From: the human T2T-CHM13v2.0 reference genome, Homo sapiens
Assembly: GCF_009914755.1 (NCBI RefSeq)
Contig: NC_060930.1
DNA length: 64,000 nt
Direction: 5' to 3' (one strand)
How positions within the stretch are numbered: position 1 is the first letter of the stretch; each line of letters begins with the position of its first letter. The translations under genes were made by a program, and so were the position numbers. Below the pieces are notes generated by a model. It worked only from the letters and a program-made list of their open reading frames with translations, had not been told where the DNA came from and made no database searches. Below, in pieces: positions 13,761-28,693 of this stretch.

Positions 13761-15519
13761 AAAAGAAAATCCAATCTGGCTGTTGATATGCTAAAGGAGA
13801 TCACATCAAATCTGACATTGAATGTCAGAAAATGAAGATGAAATATTTATCTTTCCATCCCCTCTGTCACATTCTGAATCTTGTTCTTGAGGCAGAGGGC
13901 TGCTTTCACCCAACTATAAATATGCTATGTGCAAAAGTGCAAAAGAAAAATATACATTAGCATTTTGTCGAAATATTACCACCACCATCCCCAATATGCA
14001 TATCTCTTTTCCTAATGACTACATAGGATAGATTCGGAGGAAGTTCCTAATTGAAGGGAAAGGTGAGAACCATTTCCTATATTTCCAAAGTAATTTTCCA
14101 AAATTAACAGAATTTTTATGGTGTAGAAATATGAAACACATGTTATATTAGGTAATCTTAAATCATGTTCTTATTTCTACATTGCAATTCTCTCTTGAGA
14201 ATTGAAACATACCTGTATTAGAAATAAATATTTTCTTCTTTTTATTCATCTATAGATATGCATAACCTCCACAGGCATTTCCTAAAACTTTTCTCTGGCA
14301 TTCAACAAATCAAAGTTAAATAAATTAATAGGGAGATAATAATTACTTTGTATTATCTGATTGTCTGCTTCTGGAGGATAGGAGTAAGAGAATTATGTTA
14401 TTGATTAATTAACAAATAAACAATCAGGCATTTTACTTGGCACTTTCATGAAATTGCCAAGATAAATACACTTGTATAAAGACAGACGGGTCAGTGGGTC
14501 TAGCTTTCTTTTTTCCCTTCAGTTTTTACTACCTACTTCTATGGTGTCTCTTTCCTTATTCTGCCTGGTTCTTCCAGTCTTTGTTCCCACACTAGCTATC
14601 TCTCACGTTCTTTCTCTTGGGAGATTTTCTCTCAGCTTTATAGTGACCCAATAAACTTGTGAAAATAAGGAAAAAAAATTGTAACAAGCTTTAGCAATGC
14701 TTAAGGATTATACAAAGTAGTTCCAGAAAAGATCTCTAAAACTGCATGATATAATACTAAGTATAATGAAGTCCCAGAAGCCAATAGAACAGTTACATAT
14801 AAATAGCTTAACCTCTTCTCTTACATGTGAGTTATATTTGCGATATTGGAGAACTCCAGGGTAGGTTGAATGTGATACACATGGGGTGAGCCTTAAAGAT
14901 ATTAATAAATTCTCAGGTGGTGCAGAAGACCTTCAGCTTGTGTTCAATGAACTTTAGGGCAAAGATGATAGCATTTGTCCATAAGTGGTTTTCTAAGGTG
15001 TTTACTCAAAGTGCTACTGAGGTATCTACTGCCCCTGAGTGTTCAAGGAAAACAACTGACAGTGATCTCAGAGTCCCAGTCCCACAAAGCTCTAGGAAAG
15101 TACTTTAAATAAAATTTACACACACACGCAAGTAGCCTTAGAAGTGATTTTTGAATGTTTTCCTGGGAAAACACACAGGGGAGTCACAAGAGTTGAAATG
15201 CAATGAATACTAGTTTTGTAATATGACTCATTACTATAGTCGATGGGTCTGATATCTATCAGTTCGTGACTCTTGAAACAGAGAGTATTTAATCAAAACC
15301 CGATATTGAATTGGTGGCAAGTGTATAAGTTCTGCCTTTCTCCCTTCGGTCATCTTACCCACATGTGTGTTTCAAAGACACAGCATTAAAATGCACCCAG
15401 TGGTCTAATATAGAAAAGATAAAAAAAAAAAAAAAACTAATCAGTTTAGCTGTTCAAACAGTCCCTGCTTTATGCCTCTGGTTTACAGATATGTTTCAAT
15501 AAAATGTGCTGAAGTAGCT

Positions 15520-15710
15520 AATTATAGTTAACAGCAGACAGATCTGAATATTTCTCTGCTCATCAACTTACTACATGAGGACCTCAAGCTTCAGCTTTCT
15601 CATCTTAAAAATGGGAACCATAGTGTCTACTTTAAAACGCCATTATGAGTATGAAAGCAAATGTACACAAAGTACCCAGCACATCATTTACTCTCAGTAA
15701 GAGAGATGTT
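15520..15710 (+). mobile_element. MIR
   Basis: CTTCAGCTTTCTCATCTTAAAAATGGGAACCATAGTGTCTAC core. Confidence 0.65.
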
Positions 15711-17089
15711 ATCATACATGTCATGTTTATTTTCTCTGCTAGGATTAAAATATATGGCACCAAATGTATTCCGTAGTTTTAAAAATAAGTAACAATATTA
15801 TCTGTCTCTTGATTTGGAGGAGATACACCATTAAAAATAAATAAAAACTGGATCAAGTCATATTAAATAATATAATAACATCAATCCGATTGCACATGAG
15901 ACCTATTTCTTCTCTACATTAAAAAAAAATTCAAAGCAAAATTAGGCCCTATTTATTTACTGATGTTCCCTGGATGTTTAGAATAATATGGTTTTGCACC
16001 CAGAAGGCTTTTGAACTGAATCTACAGCCATATTCTACCCAGGTTAAAATCCCAGTGGGCAATGCAACTGCAAACTTTGCTAAGCTCAACTTAGTCAGAG
16101 TTAAAATGAGATCCGCGTGGGAGGCAGTGCAACTTGGAACATTCACATACAATACAGGATGCATCTTTAATGCAAGGAAAGGGCTCACTGGGAGCACAAG
16201 GCATGAAAGCTTGAAATACCAGAACTGATGTTGGGAGCAAAGCTTCTCAGTGAAAGTAGAGCTGATTTACTTCTGCAGAAAGATACTAAGGGAAGAGTAC
16301 ATCCCAATTTGCTCTTGAATTGGAAAGCGTGTTGATTGCTTGCACATCAGTGCTAGCTCTTAAGATCATTACCACTTATATTTTGGATTACCTTAGGAGG
16401 AATTTCTGACAGATTGTAACAATTGGATCCATCATTGTTTCATTAAACCAATATTAATTAAATGTTTCCACCTTTTAGTGGGACTTGTTAGATTCTTATT
16501 AGCCATGACAGATCATTATTTTCAGCAGAACATGGTCAAGATCCTGCAATGAGCACTGAGATGTATTCAGGCACCAATGTATTCTGGAATTAATAATTAT
16601 ACTAAATTGGATGTAATTAATAATTTATGGTGTAAATTCTTATGCAATTTGCTATGGTAACCTACAAGAAGAAGAAATCTGCTGTATTTTAACAAAGCGC
16701 AAGTTACCAGGAGTAAAATAATGAATAAAATAATAGAAAACCCACTTCAGGGGGAAAAGGCTTAGAGACGGGTAAAGTGCAACATGGTAAAAACATGAAA
16801 TGCTATTGTCATTGTCAACATTAATTAACATTCATTATTCATCCAGAGGTGCAAAGACCTCAAAAATGTCTTTACCGGTTGTATAGAAAATTAACTCCTT
16901 GCCCTTCAAATGTTTACAAAGACAAACTACATAGGCAAAGGCTATTTTTTATTGAATAGGGTACTACAGAATATGTTACTTGCTTTAGGGTGTGAGTTGC
17001 TTCTGAACAAGGGGAAACATAGTCAAACTTTTATATAATCTATTCTAATAGAAAATACAAAATTAAAGGTGATTTAAAAGAGGGAAATT

Positions 17090-17460
<371 letters not shown>

Positions 17461-18053
17461 TTATAAACACAACATTCGCCAAGTATTGACTATGCTCCTA
17501 TATCTAACATGTTACCCAAATTCTCCTTTTATCCTAAGGTCAATCTTATAAAAATGTTAAGTGAGGAAACTTAGGCTCTAAGCAGTCAGGCATGCTCACT
17601 CAACTAGAAAATTAGTAAAAACATGGCTCCAGAAGACTATAGTCTAAATAAAGTTTACAGAATGTTCCATTGCCTCAAAAATTTTGAAAAAAAAAAAAAG
17701 GTTGAGTTTAACAAAATTATTATTATTCTTCAATGATTATATGGTATGTAGTCTTGAATATTAAAGATCAGATCATTAAAATCCAACAATCTAATTTTTT
17801 TTCTTTTTTTTTAGTTTCTTGAATTTTGACCTGGCCAAATTTGATGCGATATGTTACTTTAAAAGTTTTATTTTTGCTGACTCTTTTCACACTAACAAAA
17901 CCTTTTTTAACTGGATAACTAATGTTCTCAATTTAGAACTATATTTATTTGACGGAGTGTTTATATCTAATTAAGAGCAATCACCTTTGGAAACTATCCT
18001 CATTCACTTTTATCTCAGTGTGAATGTGGAGGTAAAGGCAGCATTTGATGCAG

Positions 18054-18082
18054 AAACAAAACAAAACAAAACAAACAAACAA
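18054..18082. repeat. (AAAAC)n/(AAAC)n simple repeat
   Basis: Direct reading. Confidence 0.85.
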
Positions 18083-18151
18083 CTGAGCACAAAGTAAAAT
18101 AAAAATGAGATTTTTTTATCGTCTTAAAGAAGAATAAAGTTCGCTACTTAC

Positions 18152-18353
18152 CTTTGCACATGCCCAATACTCACCCAGTATGGGTGAGAGTTAAATGTGC
18201 AAATACTAAGCATCTTTAAATCACAGCTGCCTAGAAGACCGTCACCTTCTTCACAAATGACCACTGTAATATCTGAATTTCAGTGTAGTAGTTCAGCCCA
18301 CTGGTTATTGTGGCTCAATCAATGTTGAACTCTCCTGGTTTTACAAATATTCT
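18152..18353 (-). other. Candidate non-coding exon of a minus-strand transcript
   Basis: Minus strand: CCCTCTTTCTACCTTTTTTCCTTCCTCCTCAG| acceptor; donors TGG|GTGAGT (18169-18174) and AAG|GTAAGT (18146-18151); stops in all three frames. Splice signals only, no expression evidence. Confidence 0.4.
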
Positions 18354-19222
18354 CTGAGGAGGAAGGAAAAAAGGTAGAAAGAGGGTAGGAACTCTCTACC
18401 AAGCAATTCCCTCTTTGAAGGAAAGGGTCAGATTTTTTGTGTGCTTAGGGTCTCTGCTTTCTAAATTTCCCTCTTTTTTGTAAATGTTATACACGTAGTT
18501 ACTGTTGGCTAAGATGATGGTGATGGTGATGCAACACCCTAGAATATTATTTTCACAAGAAAATGAAAGTAAAGAGGCAAATCTCAGATTTAAAAAAAAT
18601 GGAATCCTTAATCAAAATTAAATGTTGCTTCTTTTCTTAGCTATATTAGTGTATCCTCTTTCAAAATGAAATGTGTTCTCAAGCGGTCATAGAAAATTCC
18701 ATGGAAACAACAGAAAATGACACTGTTTTTTCCCCTCTTCAAACATGTTTGAGTTAGCAATACTATGATCTTCAAAGACTAGTATTACCAATGAATCACC
18801 GTACTCACAGATGCCGAGCAAGATGGAACATGGGGCCACCCAGGCGTACATTAAGACAATAGATGCCTTAGCAACAGTTTAACTGTTCTGCAACAGATTA
18901 TGCCCTAAAGCAGTAAATAGCCTGTGCACAGGAGGTTATTTAGCTCTTGCTTTTTCTAAGTAAATAAATAGGTGGACAGACAGACAGAAATATAGACAGA
19001 GTTTCATCATCATCATTGTATATTGCTCTTAGGTTTGTGAAAAATGGTTTGTGAAAATGTTAGGCAACACGAAGCTCTTAAGATGGGTACAAATCCAAAA
19101 ACTGCCATGTTTTTATTATAATTTAGAGGTGATGTTCCAAACAAAAGGGACCCTTGCTAAAGCACAAGGTGAGGCTGAGAGCATAAGAATCAGCACTCTC
19201 AATCTAATGAGACCCGAAAACC

Positions 19223-19265
19223 TGTGTGTGAGTGTGTATGAGTGTGAGTGTGTGTGTATGTGTGT
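19223..19265. repeat. Imperfect (GT)n repeat
   Basis: Direct reading. Confidence 0.85.
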
Positions 19266-20025
19266 TTTGAATTCCACATTCTCATGTTCTGTCTCATGTT
19301 CTGACATTAGATAAATTCCACCCACCAAACATGCTTTTAGCATTTCCAGAAACTAACAAAAATGCACATTAATTGAAACACAACATAACCCCAGGTGGAG
19401 CCATTTCCAGCTGAAATTAAAAAAAAAACAAAAAACCATACATCTGCATTAAGGGGTAGGAGGATAAATCATTTTTAGCATCTTAAAAAAGTACTGTTGC
19501 TTCATGGTTTTTCCTACATCCCTGAATGCAGAGGAACAGAGGCCCACTCCATTTCAGCATTCCCAGTACTCCAGGAGTGACTTGCCTGATCTAGGGAAAT
19601 TCATTCAAGAACTTTCCCTTTATACTCTAAGAACAACCCTCTAATGTATTTCTCACTGATTACCCAAGGACTGCATACATATTATACATCTGCCAAGCTA
19701 GCCTGAGACAATCTTGTGAGATTACAGAGTTCAACTTTGACTTTGGTGGTGCTCTTGTATTTTTACCTATCACCTCTGTGCCCAAATGTGAGAAGAATTA
19801 AAGAATTTCATTCATTCATTCTCTTTCTCTTATTCTCATTATAAGGAAAATTAAAATCTATGTGCCCATTCAATGGGAATGATAATGGTAGCCACAGTGT
19901 AGGTTTGTTGTGATAATTAAATGATATAAATCTTGAAAATTGTATCAGAAGTTAGAGAGAGAGAGAGACAATTATTCTCCCTTTTCTCTCTAAATTATTT
20001 CCCAAGAAAAGCTGGTATACTGTTT

Positions 20026-21014
20026 CATCTGAGAAAGGACTAATATCCAGGCTCTACAGGGAACTCAAACAAATCAGCAAGAATAAAAAAAATCCTGTCA
20101 AAAAGTGGGCAAAGGACATGAAAAGACAATTATCAAAAGAAGATGTACAAATGGTCAACAAACATATGCAAAAATGTTCATCCTCACTAATTATCAGGGA
20201 AATGCAAATTAAAACCACAATGAGATACCGTCTCACTCCTGCAAGAATGGTCATAATTAAAAAATAAAAAAATAACATATGGCGTGGATGTGGTGAAAAG
20301 GGAACACTTCTACACTGCTGGTGGGAATGTAAACTAGTACAACCACTGTGGAACACAGTGTGGAGATTCCTTAAAGAACTAAAAGTAGAACTACCATTTG
20401 ATCCAGCAATCCCACTAAGGGGTATCTACCCAGAAAAAAAAGAGGTCTTTAAATGAAAAAGACAATTGTACATGCATGTCTATAGCAGCACAATTAGCAA
20501 CTGCAAAAATATGGAATCAGCCTAAAAGCCCATCAGCCAAGTGAATAAAGAAAATGTGGCATATATATATATAGTATATATGGATATATTATATGTGTAT
20601 GTATATATATCATGTGTATGGAATATATACACATATGGTATATATATTGTGTATATGGAATACTACTTAGGCATAAAAAGGAATGAAATAATGGCATTTG
20701 CAGCAACGTAGATAGAGTTGGAGATCATTATTCTAGGTGAAGTAACTCAGGAATGGAAAACCAAACATTGTATGTTTTCATTTATAAGCTGGAGCTAAGC
20801 TGTGAAGATACAAAGGCATAAGAATGGTATAATGAACTTTGGGGAATTAGGAGGTGGGTAGGAGAAGGGTGAGGGATAAAAGGCTACACATTGAGCACAG
20901 TGTACACTGCTCAGGTGACAAGTGCACCAAAATCTCAGAAATCACCACTGAAGAACTCTGTGCAACTAGACACCACCTGTTCCCCAGGAACTATTGAAAT
21001 TTTTTTTTAAATAA
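20026..21014 (+). mobile_element. 5'-truncated L1PB (PB1-PB3-like): ORF2 C-terminus and 3'UTR with internal TA-rich expansion (about 20561-20657)
   Basis: GAAGTAACTCAGGAATGGAAAACCAAACATTGTATG, GTACACTGCTCAGGTGAC..CACCAAAATCTCAGAAATCACCACT; possible diverged TSD AAAAGCTGGTATA / AAACCCTGGTACA. Confidence 0.88.
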
Positions 21015-21685
21015 ACCCTGGTACAGACAAAAAGGCAGATGTTTCCATTCACTGATTCTCCTACTCTTGTCTTTACTCCTTCAACAGACTAGCCCTTTAC
21101 TCATCATCACTAAGGTAATTTCTGAAATGTGATTGTAAGCTTAAGAAAAAAGAAGAAACTCCAGCCCTTCTCAGGTGCATTTCAGATTTTAGGGCTGTTT
21201 CAGATCAAGGTACAGAAAATGTCCCACATGAACAGGATGGCTCACCAGTGGACTCCTTTGGGTCCCAGACCAAGTCTTAGGTTTTCTGGCCTTTTCTGAT
21301 CTGTATAGTTCCTTCAACAAGAGGCATGTGGTTAGCCTAGGGCAAAATCCCTTGGTCAGTAGACCCTGTACCCTAGCCATAGATCTAGATATCGATCTTT
21401 CCCATCCTCAATCTCTGTCATTATTTTGGCAGGTTGAAGATGTATGTAGGTGGGCTTACTGGGAGGAGACAAAGTTCTACATGAAGAAATAGAGACTCTG
21501 AGGTTGAGAGATTTTGAGAAAGGAACTAGGATTCACTGAGAGGAGTGGAACCAGTTTATGTGGGATGATGGACTTTTTGAGACAATATTAACCTATCTTT
21601 GCCTTCAGGAAAGAGGACATATCTGTCTCAAACAAATTGGATGCTGACAGGGAGCCTGTGGAAGTTATTAGAAAGAACAAATAGC

Positions 21686-22181
<496 letters not shown>

Positions 22182-22974
22182 TTAGTTCAGTGTAGAATAG
22201 GCTGAACCAGAACCAAGGGTCCTTGGTCTTCCCCTAGAAGGTCAGCGATCTTGACCTAACTCCAGAATGTCGGGAGTTGTTTATAAATCATATTGGCATG
22301 CAAATGAACATATATCAACATAGAGATTATTTGCTATTAACATAGGAAATTATAAATCTTTTAAGAAAAACAGAAGCTGAAACTCAACTCCATCCAATTG
22401 CTGTATACAATTCCAAGTTCAGCTTATTAAAAATGGAAAGCCAGCAATTTTGAGGAAGAACTTGGAAAGTATTCACAGTAAAATTCATTGCCTTCAGTTG
22501 CAGTGAATTTTAATAATTGAGGCTGTCATTCTGTTTGACCCATAAAGAGTAACCTTGATGGTTATTTGTTATGTATTCAGTTTTGTCTGCCTTAGTTTAA
22601 GCTTAAATATTAATGGAAAAAAGAAAACCTACAAAATCCCTCAAGCTACACTCTAGGAGTCCAATGCTTTTTAGCTGGTGGCGATGAATATAATCATCAT
22701 TTCTGTGCTAATTTTTAAAGACAGCAACAAACATTGAAGCAAATAATTTAAAGAATGCAGGATAGAATATTTAACAATTTACATATGGAAAACATACAGC
22801 CTAGATTCTGGAAATTTCCTTTCCTGTATAAACATTTAAGAATGTGGGAGATGGTAATCTATGAAATATGGGGAGGAACTTTTTGGTTGTTCTGGGGTAG
22901 TAAAAGTGTAACATTAGTGGTGACTGATGTTGAGCGCACTCCTTATTCAGGCTACTACAGGCTGGTTTGCCTTG

Positions 22975-23211
22975 CTGCAATGTATCTGTGGTTAAAGTAA
23001 AATCTGCATCCACAGACTTTCTACGTTTTGATCTTTGCTCCACCAGTTACTAACTGTGTGATCAAGGAAGTTAAAATGTGTGTGCCTCAGATATTTAATG
23101 GGAATGAAAATGATAGCTACATTGTAGGCCTGTTGTGAGAATTAATTTAGGCAAACCTTGAAAAGTACTTGTAATATGATAATTGTTTCATCTATGTTAG
23201 CTATTAGTATT
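22975..23211 (+). mobile_element. MIR, near full length
   Basis: GTGGTTAA..TTACTAACTGTGTGATC..GTGCCTCAG..TGTTGTGAGAATTAA..TGTTAGCTATTA. Confidence 0.75.
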
Positions 23212-23619
23212 TGGTCATAATGGGGATGGCTGAAGGGCATCCCATTAGACATTCATGGCTTCACAGATAAAGGTCAAATAGAGGTCTATATACTAGGGGA
23301 AAAATTAAGTTTAAAATAGAAAATTCTTTTAAAATATTCAAAAGTTGCTCCAAACACTTAACAAGTGGTAATTAAACAAGTAATCTTAGATTGTCATAGG
23401 GAATCTGTGATAGAGGGAATACTTAAGAGCTTTGAAAGCATTTGAGGATATATAATTCATCAAATATTTATTATATACCAATTAACAAGCAGATATCAAT
23501 TTCTTTGTGGGCATTTTTCATTAACATTTCTCTCTTCTTGATTTTACAACTAAAATTCTTGAAGAAGATCATAACTTAGTAAATAAATAAGCTGACGTGA
23601 ATTGCAATATGGTATGATT

Positions 23620-24160
23620 AATACAATAATAAGCTCTGTAAAAGGCTAGATGGTGATATGAAGTAAAAAGCAGTAATTTTGTTTTATTTTATTAGATAAG
23701 GCTTTAGAAAAGTAGAATCTTTGAAAGACCCAAGAAATTACCAGATTGATCAAGGAGCAACATGTACAATGACTTAAGGTATAAAATAAATACAGTGGTA
23801 TGTTTGGATTGTAGAATGTGTAGGAACAGTGAGGGGAAAGGAGACCAAAGAAAAGAGGCTGAGAGATTTTTTTAAACTCAATGTAGACTACAGAGAGTCT
23901 GCTCAGGTTGTTCAGCAGCTGATAATCTTCTCAGAAGTACATTTTAGAAAGATTACAAAGAGAGTAAAATATAAAAATTAAAACTCTAAGGCAAGAAACA
24001 AACTTGGATTAATTTGCATAATTTTGAAAATAAAAAATAAATGTGCCAAAGTAACTTGTTGAAAAGCACAGGCAAAACAGAAACAGTTCAGGTATTGATA
24101 GAGGTAGGGCCTGATCAGGATAGAAGAAAGGAAGGATGAAACCAAGGACTAACTTCATGA
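23620..24160 (-). mobile_element. Degraded L2 fragment
   Basis: Purine-rich tract with CATTTTAGAAAGATTAC and other L2 antisense-like words; very diverged. Confidence 0.4.
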
Positions 24161-24292
24161 AGGAACTCTGACTGCTGACTTACTGTATTGTCATCCTTTA
24201 CTCCTCTTCTCCTTGTTTTTACCTGTCTTCTTCCACATCAATTTTCTAATAGGTCTTTATGTTTTGCCTACAGAAGTGGAGGTTAGTTATAA

Positions 24293-24535
24293 AAATAACA
24301 ATATCCTATTTATTGGCTGCAAATAATGTGCAGCCACAGAACTAAGTAGTTTTGGGTCTATCTCATTTAATACCCATAACAAGCCTTATGGGACATTTGT
24401 TATCTTGATTTTATATACAAGGACACTGATGTTTATAGAGTTAGGTGATTTTTCTAAGCCACATAGTGAGTGACAAAATTTAGATGGGAACTCAAGTTTC
24501 CGTTTCCATGGCACAGCTCATGAACTCCATGCTGT
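24293..24535 (-). mobile_element. MIR, near full length
   Basis: TTTATTG..ATCTCATTTAATACCCATAACAAGCCTTATG..GGACACTGA..AGAGTTAGGTGA. Confidence 0.8.
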
Positions 24536-25364
24536 ACACCTTCACTTAAGTCTGCTCTTAGGCTAAGACTTTTCTACTTGGAAAATCCATGAAGCCTCTG
24601 TGGAGAAGACACTTGTGGGTAAGATTATGCTTCTCTGATCAAACTGGACAAATGAATGCACAAAGGACAAACAACATATATGGGCAGCCTGTCACTAATT
24701 ATCCATGTCTCTCATTATCTCTAAATCAAGCCAACAGACCCATGGTTGTTTAGGTTCAGCAATACAAGGACTGGGAAAAGTAGGAACAGAGTATTTATAA
24801 CAGGAAATTAGTCTGAGCCAGCAAATGAAGGGGCTTAAATTAGAGCACAAGATGCTGTAAACATTTTGCATAATTTTTTATCTGATTTTTCTTACGCTTA
24901 CTAGCCCCTTTAACAAGTCAAATAACAAAAATCTTCAATTATTCCATTATGAACACAGGGCTTCCAACACTCCAAATAGGACCTTGCATGAATTTCACCA
25001 ACTTTGGAAACATTACAAAATAAATATTATTTCAGAAATAATGGGGAGTTCTCTAATTTGTCTCATATTCCTCCTTCTTTAACTTGTCTTGGAGAAATTA
25101 CACTCCAGATCTGAGAACAGAGTGGGACGACAACTAATCAATTGCCTTGAAAAGAAACTTCTCATTTTTTTTTCTCTAGAAGGAATGACCATTTCTTTCT
25201 CCCTCCAGGTGTGTTGAGCACTTTGACTTTTATTTTTATCTACTAAAATAGATAACTATTCAATTTAACATTTTTTTGGCAGGTAATGGCTAAATTTGGG
25301 TATACAGTCCTAATTATTCCTTCAAATTCTGATTCTATTCTATACACTAACTGACAGGTAACTT

Positions 25365-25513
25365 TTGTCTGAATGGTCTCATATTCAATGTATTCAAAAC
25401 TGCATTCACTAAGTGCCCCTTCACCAGTAATTTATTCTCCTGACTTGGTTATTTCTGTTAATGTTACCACCATTCTCCCAGGCACCCAAGCTTGTAAACT
25501 TCATAATCTTTGG
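25365..25513 (+). mobile_element. L2 fragment
   Basis: CTCATATTCAATGTATTCAAAACTG..TCTGTTAATGTTACCACCATTCTCCCAG..CCCAAGCT. Confidence 0.65.
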
Positions 25514-27084
25514 GAACAATTTTTTTTGCTGTGTGGATGTTTTTTTCCCTCTATAGACCTTGTTCATTATCCATGGCTATTTCAAATAAAAGACATGGAG
25601 CTTCCATAAATCTATGTTGAAGGAAGGGAGATTATAGGAAATATGAAAATTAATACCTAAACACCTGATACACCCTAAGCACTCAAAAGTATTTCTGAAA
25701 AAAAAGCTTAATCAAAATTTTAATTACATTTACTTTCATGAGTAAATATATTTTGTAAAGAAATATTTATGTGAAAATATTTCCTTGCCTTTACCATCCC
25801 ACACAAGAATTTCAGGAGCCTAGTGGACAGTACCACATGCGCAGGTATATTTGTTGGCAACAGTCTGGAATTATATGGAATAACTTAATAATAAAGACAA
25901 ATGCATTTTTGCCTTTAAATTATATAAATAATATCCCCTTTTATAATTCTTGATTTATGTACTCTAAATTTGAAACCTAGGCTCTTTTTATGTCATGCAC
26001 AAGATTAAATTTTGCATTTAGTCCATATTTCAATCCCTAATTTTCTCTCATTAGCTATGATTGGTCATACAGACAGCGTTGTCTTTGTCCTTATATTCAT
26101 CTTCAAAAAGACTGAATCTAAAAACACATTATTTATTTGCACATAATCTCCTATTACAGAATAAAAACTATATGGTGATTAAAAATATATTACAACTTTA
26201 AAATAATTTCAATGATTATATCACGTATTTGCATCATCTAATTTGGGTGACCTTTTACACTGACTAGGAAAAAAATACAAAAATAAAAAACAAAAAAAGG
26301 GAAACTAGTGCTTGATTGTAGATATAGTGGAGCTTTGTAAGGATGAGAAAATAATCTTAACTCACAGACAAAGCTAACATTTTACATAAGGAAAATGGAA
26401 TTGGAAGCTTATTGTATTTTATTAAGACCTAAAAAAAAAAGCTTCAATAACTTCCACAAGTAACCTTTTCTTTCTGTGAAGAGCTCTTATTTCTGGGGAA
26501 TTCTACCCAGGGCTTCACTACCTCTCTTCTGGAGTTAGGGGGAGGGGTCCTGCTTAAGTCTCATTTCTCTACATGTTAATTTTATTATCCAGTGAGATAC
26601 ACTGATAATAACTCTGCCTTAGTCACCTCAGAGGACTTGTTAGAGTATGAATTAAATGGCTTCTTTAAGGAATTTCTTGCTTCTAGAGAAAATCCTCCAC
26701 AAAAAAGAGAACTTGAAATGCTGAGTAAAAATACCATATAAAACATTTGCTGCAGCATTTGAAACCATCTTATCAATAATAAAAAAAGGCAATGCAATCT
26801 ACATAATGGGTCAATAGCGTTTGAAAAGAATACAAAAATGGGGGAAAGAGAACATTTTTTAAATTTGATTATGTTCAAAATTGACTATGATTTATTCCTG
26901 TCTGTCACAGGACAAAAATGTGAAAGGCTGAGAATTACATGCAAAACTGAGAAGAATTGAATCTGAGGTATCTGATTTTGATTTGGCTAGCCCATGCTGC
27001 TGTACAAAAATAGCCCTGGGCATTAATCTGTCAGGTCCATTATTATGCCTATTTCTGAGATTTATACATTGGTTTATGGTAGCA

Positions 27085-27200
27085 ATAGACATTTATTGAG
27101 TGCTGATCACCTGCCAAGCTCAGTGCTGCACACCTTAGTACTGATGGTCCCAACCTAGGGGGTTTTCAATCTAATAAGACAGGCAAGGCAATTAAGACAC
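27085..27200 (-). mobile_element. L2 3' end fragment
   Basis: CATTTATTGAGTGCT..TGCCAAGC..GTGCT is the reverse complement of the L2 terminus. Confidence 0.55.
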
Positions 27201-28693
27201 AGATTCAGAGGAAGAAAATGACTAATACATGCAGAGGAGACAGAACAGCTTTCCTTTCCTTTTCTACACCTTGTGTAGCCCACTGTGGTGTCTTTGTTCA
27301 AGGAAGCTAAAAAAGTATTTTAGAGACCAAGAGGGTGTGAAGTTGGATGCTAGCTGCATGCTTAGATCACCTGTTCACTTCAGATTTTTTGACATTGATG
27401 CGAGTAGTAGATTTTCAGATGTTTTACTGGTCCAGTTCACTTCCTTGTGTGTGCTATTTTCTTATCTTCTTTGTTTCCTCATATCTCATATTGTTCTCCT
27501 GCATATATACCATCCTTGCTATCTTTCTCCACTAATTTCTCCGTTAATTATTGAATGTCTCCCTTTGAAATGCCATAATTGTCCACTTGCCTCATTCTGG
27601 GGGATAGCAGTATCCTGCTTTTTATTAAAAGCATTTATCAAGACTCTTCATGTACTTGATAATGAATTTCAGAAATTAAGTTGGTATGGTCCTTGGCCTG
27701 AAGTCAAATAATATTTAACACGGAAAATACTGAATCACTAATAGATTTGTATAGCCTTAACAATTATTATAGAACAAATGCATTCATTAAATATGATATG
27801 CTAATAAAGGCTTAAGCAAATTTAAAGTGAGAACAAAAATATGGAAATTACATATTTTATAGGGTGGAAGTCATTGTAATTAGGTTATTCGCCTTAATTA
27901 GCTGGACCCACCATATTATTCTGCTTCATCTCTGCATGAGCATATAAATTCAAGTTACCTTGCTTAGAGTATAAACTTCAGTCTACGAAAATTTTCTTCA
28001 CTAGCTGAAGGCTGATACTAATAATTTCAAGACGGGTACATATTTCTTATAATCAAAAACAAAGATAACATTCTATAAATGCATTTCTGTATTTGTGTTT
28101 GATGATTGACTATATAAAAAAAGACAATGATATATCAAGACATTTCAATCAGCAAAAAGTGTGGGAAAGCAGACTGCAGGGAGAGCAACTGCCCATTCCA
28201 TAAAGTGCTAGATGAATGAGTGTTTCCAGAGATGATAGGATGCTCACATTCTCTGCAATATGCTATATATGAAGTACTCTAGTGGTTGCTAATATAAAAC
28301 TGTAAAAAATGCCTGTTCTCAGTTCAGCCAAATTGGGAAAACTTTATACACATGAAAAAATAACCTAAAAACTAAATAAATGATAAATCAATGAGATCAA
28401 CATGTAATTATAATTGAAGTGTATGAAAGGTTGTGGTTATGGCATACTGTAAGTAAATACAAGCTTCATTTTTTTCTGTGTTAAATTAAATTTTATTTAA
28501 TTTTTGACCTCAGATTCATAGACTAGAATTGGTCTTAACGTACTCTCATCTTTGGTCCATGCATAGTCTCCTTTTATTTCATGCATTGAGAAATGAGTAT
28601 TTGATAGAAAAAATCAAGGATCTTTTGCAGGCCAGTAAAAGAGGGATTTAGAGGCAAGAGTGGTTCAAGGCCTATTAAAACATACTTTATCGA

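Noticed and set aside
27229-27711. 160-aa ORF, the longest outside recognised repeats
   Set aside because: Leu/Phe/Ser/Cys-rich composition typical of T-rich non-coding DNA; no recognisable domain or exon structure.
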